A stretch of DNA of 64,000 nt from positions 140,603 through 204,602 of the forward strand of contig CAWEMY010000019.1 of assembly GCA_963810305.1 (NCBI GenBank). The letters are read 5' to 3'. Numbering within the stretch: the first letter of the stretch is position 1; each line of letters begins with the position of its first letter. The translations under genes and the position numbers were made by a program. The notes beneath the pieces were generated by a model. It was not told where the DNA came from and searched no databases. It saw only the letters and a program-made list of their open reading frames with translations. This document shows, in pieces, positions 9,122-18,267 of this stretch. This DNA comes from an uncultured Acidobacteriota bacterium (GTDB taxonomy: Bacteria; Acidobacteriota; Vicinamibacteria; Vicinamibacterales; 2-12-FULL-66-21).

Positions 9122-10057
9122 TTACTGCGATCTGATTACTTCCAGCGCGAGCTTCGCGGCGTTCTGAGCTGCGTCTTTCTTGCTCTTGCCTTCGGCTTTG
9201 GCGAGCGGCTCGCCGCCGACCAGGACTTCGACTTCGAAGCGGCGGCGATGGGCGGGACCGATTTCGGCGGTGAGGCGGTACCCGGGCAGGCCTTTGCCTT
9301 GCTGCTGCAGCAGCTCCTGGAGCGCGGATTTGTAGTCCTCGGTGAAGCCGGCGCCGGTGCGGCTGGCTTCGTCGATCAGTTCCTGGAACTGGCGGCGGAG
9401 GAACGCGCGTACTGGTTCGAATCCGCCGTCCAGGTAGATGGCGGCGATCAGCGCCTCGTAGCAGTCGGCGATGATCGCGTGCTTGCGGCGGCCGCCGGTC
9501 TTCTCTTCGCCGCGGCCGAGGATCAGGTACTCGCCGAGATTGATGCGTTCGCCGAGCCGGGCGAGTGACGCCGCGGAGACCAGCGATGCACGGAGCTTCG
9601 ACTTCTGGCCCTCGTTGTGCTGCGGGAACTGCCGGAACAGGAGGTCGGCAATCACGAATCCGAGAATCGAGTCTCCGAGAAACTCCATCGATTCGTTGTC
9701 GAAGACGCCACCACTCGCGTCTTCATGGACGCGCGACCGATGTGTGAGCGCATGCTCGAGCAGCCCGCGGTCGCGGAACTTGTAGCCGATCGTTCGCTCG
9801 AGGGGTTCCAGCTCGCTGCCAAACGGTACGAGCTTGCCGCCGCGGCTGTCATCGCGGTGGCTCTCGATCAGCTGCTGCGCCTGATCCGCGTTCTCGGCGT
9901 TGACGGTGACGCGCAGCTCGTTGACCGACAGCGGGAACGGCGTGCGGGAAATATCGGCGTCGATCATGGTGGGGATGCCATGCGACTCCAGCAGCCCCCG
10001 CACGACGTCCGCTTCGATCGGCGACGGCGTGCGGAAGACGACGGTCAGATCACCCAT
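9122..10057 (-). CDS. rnc: ribonuclease III with N-terminal DUF2007-like extension
   Basis: RNase III signature 'ESMEFLGDSILG' and a C-terminal dsRBD ('KSKKDAAQNAAKLAL'). A preceding ~80-aa domain ('VVFRTPSPIEADVVRGLLESHGIP...') resembles DUF2007. Confidence 0.88.
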   Translation of the reverse strand: MGDLTVVFRTPSPIEADVVRGLLESHGIPTMIDADISRTPFPLSVNELRVTVNAENADQAQQLIESHRDDSRGGKLVPFGSELEPLERTIGYKFRDRGLLEHALTHRSRVHEDASGGVFDNESMEFLGDSILGFVIADLLFRQFPQHNEGQKSKLRASLVSAASLARLGERINLGEYLILGRGEEKTGGRRKHAIIADCYEALIAAIYLDGGFEPVRAFLRRQFQELIDEASRTGAGFTEDYKSALQELLQQQGKGLPGYRLTAEIGPAHRRRFEVEVLVGGEPLAKAEGKSKKDAAQNAAKLALEVIRSQ

Positions 10058-10076
10058 GCAGGGGTTTGCCCCTCCA

Positions 10077-12224
10077 TCACGCCAGCACCGGCACCAGCGC
10101 CTCTTCGACCTTCACCAGGATCATCGTCATATCGTCGTGCTGGTCGGCGTCGCCGACGAAGGATTCGATCTCGCGGAGAATTCTCTCACGCAGCTCGGCG
10201 GAGCCGAGGTGCCCGTGCTCCTCGATGATCTCGCTCAGGCGCGTCTCGCCGAACAGGTCGCTCTCGGCGTTCATCGCCTCGCTGATGCCGTCAGTGTAGA
10301 GCACGACGACGTCGCCGACGTTGAGGTCGATGCGCTGCTCCTCGAGCAGCTCGTCGAATTTCTCCGAAGCGCCCGGGATGCGCAGACCCACCACCATGCC
10401 GTCGGGCGTCAGAATCTGGGCGCCCCGCGGCGCCGACGACGAGGGGCCAGGGAGAAAGATCAGCGGTGTGTGGCCGGCACGGCAGTAGGTCATGAACCCG
10501 CGTTTGCGATCGATGACCGCGTAGGTCATCGTGATGAAGCTCCGGCTGTCCAGGTTCTCGGAGATGATCCGGTTGACCTCCATCAGCAGCGCCCGCGGGG
10601 AATCGTGCGATTGGCTGAGCGCAAGCACCAGGCCTTTCAATTCCGCCATGTACAACGCGGCCGACGTTCCCTTCCCCGCGACGTCCGCGATCAGCATCCC
10701 GAGGCGCTCACCAGGAAGGTGAAAGAAATCGTAGTAGTCCCCGCCAACTTCACGGGCCGGGACGCAGAGTGCCGTGACTCCAAGCCCGGGCGCGTCCACC
10801 GGCCCGCGCGGGAGCAGCGACATCTGGATCTGCCGTGCGATGCGGAGTTCCTCTTCCATCCGCTTCTTTTCCGCCGCTGTCTGCAGCAGGCCCTCGATGC
10901 TGCCGGTCATCTGGTTGAACGACCCGGCGAGCTCGCCGAGCTGGTCGTTCGTCGTGACGTTGATCCGGTGCGTGAAGTCTCCCTGTCGGACCCGCTCGGT
11001 GCCCATGAAGAGTTCGTGGATCGAACTCGTGATTGACCTCGCCAGCGCCAGCCCCATCAAGAGCGCGACCCCCTGGATGATGAGGAACAAGATCGCGACG
11101 ACGGCCAGCAGAATCAGGAACAGCTGACCGAGATTGGCGCCGGCGAGCGTTACGCGCTGCGATTGCGCGCGAGTCAGCCGGTTCCAGAGCTCTCCGACGT
11201 CGTAGGTCATGGCAATGGTTGCGCCGCGGTCCTTCCCGTTGCGCCAATCCGCCGTGTCGAGAAACGCCAGGCTGTTGCGGAAGAACGTGAACGAGCTGGT
11301 GGCACCAGTCGTCCCGGGGACGATCTGAAGCGGGGCGGCGTCGGTCGCCTCTGGCGGCGGCACGCTGAACCGCGGGGTCACCGCCTTGACGCCGGTGTTC
11401 TCCTTCAACGAGTCGAAGAGGCGATCGTCCACCGGCAGATCGGCCACGACGAATCCCAGAGCCCCCTTCGATCCGCGTACCGGCGCGACCGACCGGATCA
11501 CCAGCTGAAGTTCATCGGGTTCATCACCCGGCACGGCAATGGTCCCGTAGAAGCCATCCGCGGGCGTCCATGGGGGAACCGTCACGGGTACCGCCTGATG
11601 CTCCCATCGGCCGGCGATCGCCGGCGATGCCGGTGAGCCCGTCGAGGCGATGAACGCCATCGCCACGCTTGGATGGCGGCGGCTGATCGCCCTCTGGGTG
11701 CGATTGAGCACGTCACCGGCCGACGCCGGCTGCTCGCCGATCTGGGTCGCGGCGGACTTGGTCGCCAGTTCGACGTCGGCAACGATGCGGTCGTAGCCAT
11801 CCTTGAAGAGATACCCGGCAACGTTCATGGAGACCACGTTGGCGCTCACCAGCACGAAACCAACGATCAGAAGAGCCGGGACGAACCCGATGAAAATGTA
11901 GGACAGGATCAGCTTTCGCCGGACGCGCCACAGCAGCCGGCGCTTCATCAGCGTAAACAACCGCCACACGAAATATCCGAGCGAGATGAGCAGGCCGATT
12001 GTCGCGGCGCTGCTGAGCACTTCGACAAAGCCGGGAGGCTCGGCGATTCGGCGCACTATGCCGACCAGGACTTTCAGCAGGATGGAGACGATGAACAGAC
12101 GGCCCGGCCACGAACGCAGAAGCAGATCCGCGGCGGTCTGGTGCGGGTCAGTGCCTGGCGGCGGCGCCGGCAGGAGCGGCACGCGAGGTGCGCCCGCCGT
12201 CGTCCGATCAGGAAGCCTGCGCAT
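10077..12224 (-). CDS. membrane sensor PP2C/SpoIIE-family phosphatase with HAMP domain
   Basis: 715 aa with N-terminal TM segments. HAMP region 'NDQLGELAGSFNQMTGSI'. 'ARQIQMSLLP' and 'GGDYYDF...DVAGKG' are typical of SpoIIE/RsbU phosphatases. Ends 19 nt upstream of rnc on the same strand. Confidence 0.85.
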   Translation of the reverse strand: MRRLPDRTTAGAPRVPLLPAPPPGTDPHQTAADLLLRSWPGRLFIVSILLKVLVGIVRRIAEPPGFVEVLSSAATIGLLISLGYFVWRLFTLMKRRLLWRVRRKLILSYIFIGFVPALLIVGFVLVSANVVSMNVAGYLFKDGYDRIVADVELATKSAATQIGEQPASAGDVLNRTQRAISRRHPSVAMAFIASTGSPASPAIAGRWEHQAVPVTVPPWTPADGFYGTIAVPGDEPDELQLVIRSVAPVRGSKGALGFVVADLPVDDRLFDSLKENTGVKAVTPRFSVPPPEATDAAPLQIVPGTTGATSSFTFFRNSLAFLDTADWRNGKDRGATIAMTYDVGELWNRLTRAQSQRVTLAGANLGQLFLILLAVVAILFLIIQGVALLMGLALARSITSSIHELFMGTERVRQGDFTHRINVTTNDQLGELAGSFNQMTGSIEGLLQTAAEKKRMEEELRIARQIQMSLLPRGPVDAPGLGVTALCVPAREVGGDYYDFFHLPGERLGMLIADVAGKGTSAALYMAELKGLVLALSQSHDSPRALLMEVNRIISENLDSRSFITMTYAVIDRKRGFMTYCRAGHTPLIFLPGPSSSAPRGAQILTPDGMVVGLRIPGASEKFDELLEEQRIDLNVGDVVVLYTDGISEAMNAESDLFGETRLSEIIEEHGHLGSAELRERILREIESFVGDADQHDDMTMILVKVEEALVPVLA

Positions 12225-12246
12225 GCACGTTGAGAGTCGATGATAA

Positions 12247-12360
12247 CAGGACGGGTGGGTGACGTGCGGACGTCCGACGTGCGACGTGCGGCGTGCTCAC
12301 GTCCGGACGTGCCACGTGGGAACGTGCTGACGTGCCACGTGCGAACGTGCTCACGTGCTA
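12247..12360. repeat. ACGTGC/CACGTG word array including a 23-bp tandem duplication
   Basis: 12306-12328 'gacgtgccacgtgggaacgtgct' is followed by 12329-12351 'gacgtgccacgtgcgaacgtgct' (1 mismatch). Further gacgtgc words lie upstream. Sits in a divergent intergenic region. Confidence 0.8.
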
Positions 12361-13524
12361 TCTTCCAGGAGCATGAAGCTGCCTGATAACGCGCGCTTTT
12401 CGACCATTGCCATCCACGCCGGGCAGGAGCCCGATCCCGCGACCGGCGCGATCATCACGCCGATCTTCCAGACGTCCACCTACGTGCAGGAAGCGCTCGG
12501 CCGCCACAAGGGGTTCGAATACGGGCGCACGCAGAATCCGACCCGGCTCGCCGTCGAGCAGAACATCGCCGCGATGGAAGGCGGCAAAGCCGCCTATGCG
12601 TTCGCCTCCGGGATGGCGGCGATCGGCGCCATCTCGACGATGCTGAAGTCGGGCGATCATGTTGTCGTCACCGACAATACATACGGCGGCACCTTCCGAT
12701 TGTTCGACAAGGTGCTGACGAAGTACCAGCTGACGTTCAGCTACGTCGACACGTCGAAGATCGAGGAAGTCGAGCGCGCGATCCGGCCGGAGACGCGCAT
12801 GCTGTTTGTCGAAACCCCGACGAACCCCGTCATGCGCATCACTGATCTGCAGGCCGTCGCGAAGCTCGCACGCGCGCGTGACATCCGTCTCGTCGTCGAC
12901 AACACCTTCGCCAGCCCGTGCCTGCAACGTCCGCTCGAGCTCGGCGCGGACATGGTCGTGCACAGCACCACGAAATACCTGAACGGCCACAGCGATAGCG
13001 TCGGTGGCATCGTGGTCGCGGTTCGCGACGATGACATCGAGTGGCTGAAATTCATCCAGAATGCGGAAGGAGCGATTCTCAGCCCGTTCGACTCGTGGCT
13101 CGTACTCCGCGGCACGAAGACACTCGCGGTGCGCATGGCGCAACACAATCTCAACGGGCAGGCGCTCGCCGAGTTCCTCCAGTCGCACGCCAGGGTGAAG
13201 AGCGTGATCTACCCCGGTTTGCCGTCGCATCCGCATCATGAGCTTGCGAAAAAGCAGATGCGCGGATTTGGCGGGATGCTGGCGTTCGATATGGGGACGT
13301 TCAAGGAAGCCGAGCGCGTCTGCAACTCGGTGAGGCTGATGGCGCTTGCGGAGAGTCTCGGCGGAGTCGAGACGCTGATCTCACATCCGGCGACGATGAC
13401 GCATGCGTCGGTTCCTGCCGACCGGCGCGCCGCAATCGGTCTGACCGATAGTCTCGTGCGGATCTCGGCCGGGATCGAAGATCCGCAGGATCTGATCGAC
13501 GATCTCCGGCAGGCGATCGGATAG
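12355..13524 (+). CDS. PLP-dependent trans-sulfuration enzyme (cystathionine gamma-synthase / beta-lyase / gamma-lyase family)
   Basis: 'FSTIAIHAGQEPDPATGAI..PI.QTSTY' and 'HSTTKYLNGHSD' (PLP-Lys motif). The ATG at 12373 is an alternative start. Confidence 0.85.
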   Translation: MLSSRSMKLPDNARFSTIAIHAGQEPDPATGAIITPIFQTSTYVQEALGRHKGFEYGRTQNPTRLAVEQNIAAMEGGKAAYAFASGMAAIGAISTMLKSGDHVVVTDNTYGGTFRLFDKVLTKYQLTFSYVDTSKIEEVERAIRPETRMLFVETPTNPVMRITDLQAVAKLARARDIRLVVDNTFASPCLQRPLELGADMVVHSTTKYLNGHSDSVGGIVVAVRDDDIEWLKFIQNAEGAILSPFDSWLVLRGTKTLAVRMAQHNLNGQALAEFLQSHARVKSVIYPGLPSHPHHELAKKQMRGFGGMLAFDMGTFKEAERVCNSVRLMALAESLGGVETLISHPATMTHASVPADRRAAIGLTDSLVRISAGIEDPQDLIDDLRQAIG

Positions 13525-13544
13525 GTCCTGGTCCTCAGGTGCCG

Positions 13545-13874
13545 TCAGGCGTGAACGGATTCCCGGATCCAGTTCAAGTAGGTGTCGCCGCCGTCGATAA
13601 TCGGAAGAACGAGGAATTCGGGAACGTCGTACGGGTGCAGTTCGTCGACCCGGGCGCGGAGCGCGCCGAGACACGCGCGCGTCGTCTTGATCAGCAGCTG
13701 GCGTTCGAATGACTCCTCCACAGTCCCCTGCCACCGATACATCGACACCATCGCCGGCATCACGTTGACGCACGCGGCGAGCTGGTCGAGCACCAATCTC
13801 CGGGCGAAGGCGTCCACGTCGCCTTCCCCCGAAGGCCAGGTGGTCAGCACGACGACAAACTCCTGCTCAGGCAC
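13545..13874 (-). CDS. cutA: divalent-cation tolerance protein CutA
   Basis: 109 aa. 'LAACVNV.P.MVSMYRWQG.VEE..E..LLIKT' is the typical CutA1 pattern. GTG start. Confidence 0.85.
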   Translation of the reverse strand: MPEQEFVVVLTTWPSGEGDVDAFARRLVLDQLAACVNVMPAMVSMYRWQGTVEESFERQLLIKTTRACLGALRARVDELHPYDVPEFLVLPIIDGGDTYLNWIRESVHA

Positions 13875-14057
13875 TCCGTTCCCTCCGTGTCCTCCGTCCG
13901 AGCCCCCAGCCCCGAGTCCCTAGCCCCGAGACGCGGGCCCCGAGCCGCGACTCCAGGGCAGCTATTTTGATGCGGATCGCGATTTTGAGGGGTCGAACCT
14001 AATTTCCGTGTTGAGGAGTGCCGAAATCATTGTACAAAGGACGCTCTCTTTCCGAAC

Positions 14058-14456
14058 ATGCCTGCGCCGATCGATACACAGTCCGCGACGCGACGGGACC
14101 GGGCAGCCGAACCGCTCCGGCGCAAGCGCGCCCAGCCGGTTCCCTCTTCCGGCTCGCCTCGCCGGCGCCGAATCGTCAACGCCTTGCTGATTTTTTCAGC
14201 GGTCGTGCTGCTGGTCGATTCCCTGATTGGCGATACCGGGTTCATTCAGCGCATGCGAGCGCGGAGGCAGGTCGAAGAGGCGGAAGTCTCGATCAACAAT
14301 CTGAAGAAGCAGAACGCGCAGATGGTCGAGTACATTCGACGCCTGAAGGACGATCCGTCCCTGATCGAGGCGGTCGCGCGCGAAGAGATGGGATTGATCA
14401 AACCAGGGGAACTGCTCTTCATCGTCCGCGACGCACAACCCGCCGCAGTCAACTAG
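14058..14456 (+). CDS. ftsB: septum formation initiator family protein (FtsB/DivIC-like)
   Basis: Single TM segment, a coiled coil ('INNLKKQNAQMVEYIRRLKDDP') and 'IEAVAREEMGLIKPGE'. Confidence 0.7.
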   Translation: MPAPIDTQSATRRDRAAEPLRRKRAQPVPSSGSPRRRRIVNALLIFSAVVLLVDSLIGDTGFIQRMRARRQVEEAEVSINNLKKQNAQMVEYIRRLKDDPSLIEAVAREEMGLIKPGELLFIVRDAQPAAVN

Positions 14457-14460
14457 CCCT

Positions 14461-14548
14461 CGTAGTCCAGCCCTTTAGGGCTGCCCATCGAAGGGCGTCC
14501 AGCCCTTTAGGGCTGCCCATCGAAGGGCGTCCAGCCCTTCAGGGCTGC
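14461..14548. repeat. REP-like cluster B (3 units, inverted relative to cluster A)
   Basis: 'cgtagtccagccctttagggctgcccatcgaagggcg' repeated. Lies between convergent ftsB and the response regulator. Confidence 0.9.
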
Positions 14549-14569
14549 GACCAGCGTCTCCACGTTTTT

Positions 14570-15070
14570 TCAATGCACTGGTGTCCCGCCGTCGCAGTAA
14601 TCGCACACAACGTCCAGCAGCGTATCGACGTCGATGGGCTTCGGGATGAACGGGTCTGTCGCCTGACTGACGATCTCCGCGCCTACGGCTGAGATGACGA
14701 CGATCGGAATATCCCGAAACCGCGGGTCCCGCTGCAGCGCCGATCGGAACTCCCACCCGTTCATGACCGGCATCATCAGATCGAGCAGAATCACGCAGGG
14801 ACGGACGCCATTTTCCAGTTGCGCGAGAGCCTGACGTCCATTCGCAGCCGTGTACACCTCGTGCCCCTCCAGCTCGAGTGTGACGGTCATCATGTCGCGA
14901 ACGTCGTCGTTGTCCTCGACAACCAGAATGGTGGACATTCCTCTCCCTATTTCTTCCCTCTCCTTACGGTCTGAAGCGGCTAAGAACTCAAGTGATGCAC
15001 CACCAGTGCCGTTTGCCAGCTCGTCAGCAAGGATCTTGTAAGGAGTCGGAACGTTGACGGTGGTTGTCAC
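14570..15070 (-). CDS. single-domain response regulator (CheY-like receiver)
   Basis: 'ILVVEDNDDVRDMM...ILLDLMMPVMNG' are receiver motifs. The likely true start is the ATG at 14938, preceded by GGGAGAGGA. Confidence 0.85.
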   Translation of the reverse strand: MTTTVNVPTPYKILADELANGTGGASLEFLAASDRKEREEIGRGMSTILVVEDNDDVRDMMTVTLELEGHEVYTAANGRQALAQLENGVRPCVILLDLMMPVMNGWEFRSALQRDPRFRDIPIVVISAVGAEIVSQATDPFIPKPIDVDTLLDVVCDYCDGGTPVH

Positions 15071-15096
15071 CGCGTGTTACGATTTCGTTTTCCTGA

Positions 15097-15624
<528 letters not shown>

Positions 15625-15699
15625 GTTCGATCGTGTCGGCCGCTTCGGTCGCGCCCGGCTTTGCGCATCGCGCGGATGGGGGCGAAGCTGGAGTGGGGA

Positions 15700-18267
15700 T
15701 TACGGCAGGCCGAATTTCTTGCGGAGCGCCGCGAGGCGAGGGTCACCGCGAAGCACCGCCATCTCCGGATTGATCAGCATCCGTCCTACGTGGTGGGGCT
15801 GGACAACAGCCATCTGCTCCAACGCTTCAAAGGTGCGGTCCTTGTCCCCGAGGGCAGCATAGATGATCGCTAGGCCGGAGGGGGAGTCCTCATGCTCCGC
15901 GGCGAGCGCTTCCGCCTCTGCGCGTCTGCCTGTCATGACGTAGGCCTGCGCCAGCCAGGGCGCTCGTCGAGCCCGCGGAGCCTTGAAGCGGCCGAGGTTA
16001 TGGCCGTCGAGTTTTTCCAACATGACCACTGCCTCCGCCAGTTTCCTCGCGAACGTTAGTGCTCGCCCGAGCCAACTCTCCACAAAAGGAAAGTCGGGAT
16101 CGACCGCGCGCACGCGCTGGAAGGTGTCGATGGCCTCCCCGTACCGCCCGTCGAGGAACTGTACCACTCCGATCTCGCGCTGCACATCCAACGACAGGGG
16201 ATCGTTTCGCAACGCCACCTGCAGGATCCGCAGCGCTTCGTCCAGCTTTCCCAGCGGTTGGAGCACCGAGGTTGAATAGTTGGTGTAGGTCTCAGTGAGA
16301 CTTGGATTCAGTTCGATGGCCCGCTGGAAGGCCTTTTCGGCGTTGGCCCAGTCGCGCTCGCGCGAGTACACCCAACCCATAGCAGCATGTGCGTCAGTCA
16401 GCAGCGGATCGAGCTCACGTGCTTTAACTGCAGCTGGCCGAAGGATGGCATGGGCCGTCTCGAAGGGGAGGCTGCTGCTGATAGGGTCGGACATGAGCGC
16501 ATAGGCGTTAGCCAGCCCCGCATGCGTGGGAGCGAAGGCAGGATCCTTGGCGAGGACCTGTTGGAACAAGTCCGCGGCCTTCTCGAGGTTGGGAATACCT
16601 CTCCGTCCGACCAACGCTCGCCCCTTGAGGTACAGCTCGTATGTCTCCAGATCGAGGTCGTAGCGCCGCTGGCCCCTGACCCATGTCAGGCGAAGCTTGT
16701 CGGCGACCGCCCGCGAGATCTCGTCCAGGATGGCAAAGACGTCACTGGAGGACTTGACGTCGCGATCGAACCGCTCGGCCCACAGGGGCACCTCACCCGC
16801 GACCTGGACCAATTGCGCGTTGATTTGCAGCTTCGTACCTGATACCAAGACCGACCCCTCCACGACCAGGTTTGCGCCAAGTTGCTCGCCGACATCGCGA
16901 AGGTTGCGCTTGTCCTTGAACGCGAACGAAGATGTGCGCGACCGCACCTCCAGTCCTTTAACGACGGCGAGGTTTCGGATAATTTGATCGGTCAGCCCGT
17001 CGACGAAGTAGTCGCTGTCGGGCTCGACGCTAAGGTTCTTGAACGGAAGCGCCGCAATGACGGGCTGTTCGACCGGGCTGACGTTCGGGGCGCTGACAGG
17101 GTTCCAGCCCGCCACACGCGCAAACAGTGTGCTTGGCCTCCTCGGAGATCCCACTTGCCGGCCGACTCCTTCCCACACCAGCCCTGTAACTAGCATGAGC
17201 GCGACTGCCATGCCCGTCGCATACGCTAACCGTACGAGTGTCGGGCGCGGTTTGAGCGCCGCCAAATCCGCGGCCAATGCATCGGCGCTCTGGTAGCGAC
17301 GCTTCGGCCACGGATCGATCGCGCGCTCGATGATCCGGGCGAACTTCGGTGAGAGAGCCGCTCGCGCCGTACGGATGCTTGTTCGTTCGTTGCGTTCATG
17401 GGCAAGACGGACGTCAGGCAGGCTTCGCGCACGGACTGGGTACGAGCCGGTCACAAGATGGTAGAGAAGGACGCCGAGACTGTAGATATCGCTCTGGACA
17501 GTGGCCTCCCGCCCGCCCAGAATCTCAGGCGCCAGGTAGAGAGGCGTTCCGGCGAGATCGGAAGCAGAATCGTCCGCGAGCTCGCATCCCGTGCCAAAGT
17601 CCATCAGCACGATGCGCCCGTCGTCGGCTCGCATCACGTTGTGCGCCTTGATGTCCCGATGCAGCAGGCCCGCGCTGTGTACGGCGGACACCGCACGACA
17701 GAGCTCGAGGCCGATGTCCACCGTCTCAGCGACGGTGGGCTGTGTCGGTTGCTGAAGGATCTGCTCCAGGGTGTGGCCGCGAACGAACTCCATCCAGAGG
17801 CCAATCTGGTCGCCAATCTGCTCGGCGCCATGAATGGTGACCACGTTGGGGTGGCGCACGCGGGCGAGCAAGCGCCCTTCGTGGATGATCGAGGACGCCG
17901 CGCGATCGCCGCATGCGCGGCCGGCAGGCAAGAGCTTGAGCGCGACTTCCCGATCGAGCCGCGTGTCCCACGCCCGGTAGACTTCTCCAAAGGCGCCCCG
18001 GCCAATCCGCTCGAGGAGCCGAAGGTGACCCCACCGTTCAGCGGCTTCACCACTCTTGCGCTCTGACGATGACGAAGACGCCGCGGAGCGTGTGGGTGGA
18101 ATCGGTGGAGTCCCGCGATGAACCTCGGAGAGAGCCGCCAGTACCTTAAGCTCCTTGATCAGGAACTGATCGGGCTGCTGCGCGCTGGCCTCGGCCGATG
18201 CCCAGTCAATCGGCGTGCCGTCGAGAATCGCCCCAGCGAGGTCGTCAATGGGCGGGCCCGCCTTCAC
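15700..18267 (-). CDS. Ser/Thr protein kinase with TM segment, TolB-N-like domain and TPR repeats
   Basis: 855 aa with 'GRGAFGEVYRA', 'VALKLL', 'HRDIKAHNV' and 'DFGTG'. These are followed by a TM helix and a long TPR region. Confidence 0.9.
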   Translation of the reverse strand: MKAGPPIDDLAGAILDGTPIDWASAEASAQQPDQFLIKELKVLAALSEVHRGTPPIPPTRSAASSSSSERKSGEAAERWGHLRLLERIGRGAFGEVYRAWDTRLDREVALKLLPAGRACGDRAASSIIHEGRLLARVRHPNVVTIHGAEQIGDQIGLWMEFVRGHTLEQILQQPTQPTVAETVDIGLELCRAVSAVHSAGLLHRDIKAHNVMRADDGRIVLMDFGTGCELADDSASDLAGTPLYLAPEILGGREATVQSDIYSLGVLLYHLVTGSYPVRARSLPDVRLAHERNERTSIRTARAALSPKFARIIERAIDPWPKRRYQSADALAADLAALKPRPTLVRLAYATGMAVALMLVTGLVWEGVGRQVGSPRRPSTLFARVAGWNPVSAPNVSPVEQPVIAALPFKNLSVEPDSDYFVDGLTDQIIRNLAVVKGLEVRSRTSSFAFKDKRNLRDVGEQLGANLVVEGSVLVSGTKLQINAQLVQVAGEVPLWAERFDRDVKSSSDVFAILDEISRAVADKLRLTWVRGQRRYDLDLETYELYLKGRALVGRRGIPNLEKAADLFQQVLAKDPAFAPTHAGLANAYALMSDPISSSLPFETAHAILRPAAVKARELDPLLTDAHAAMGWVYSRERDWANAEKAFQRAIELNPSLTETYTNYSTSVLQPLGKLDEALRILQVALRNDPLSLDVQREIGVVQFLDGRYGEAIDTFQRVRAVDPDFPFVESWLGRALTFARKLAEAVVMLEKLDGHNLGRFKAPRARRAPWLAQAYVMTGRRAEAEALAAEHEDSPSGLAIIYAALGDKDRTFEALEQMAVVQPHHVGRMLINPEMAVLRGDPRLAALRKKFGLP

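Noticed and set aside
9037-9140. The TGATTAC tract as a microsatellite-type phase-variation switch for rnc.
   Set aside because: The tandem copies lie at and beyond the stop codon. Copy-number change would alter at most the last residues. There is no evidence of in-frame control of the catalytic or dsRBD domains.
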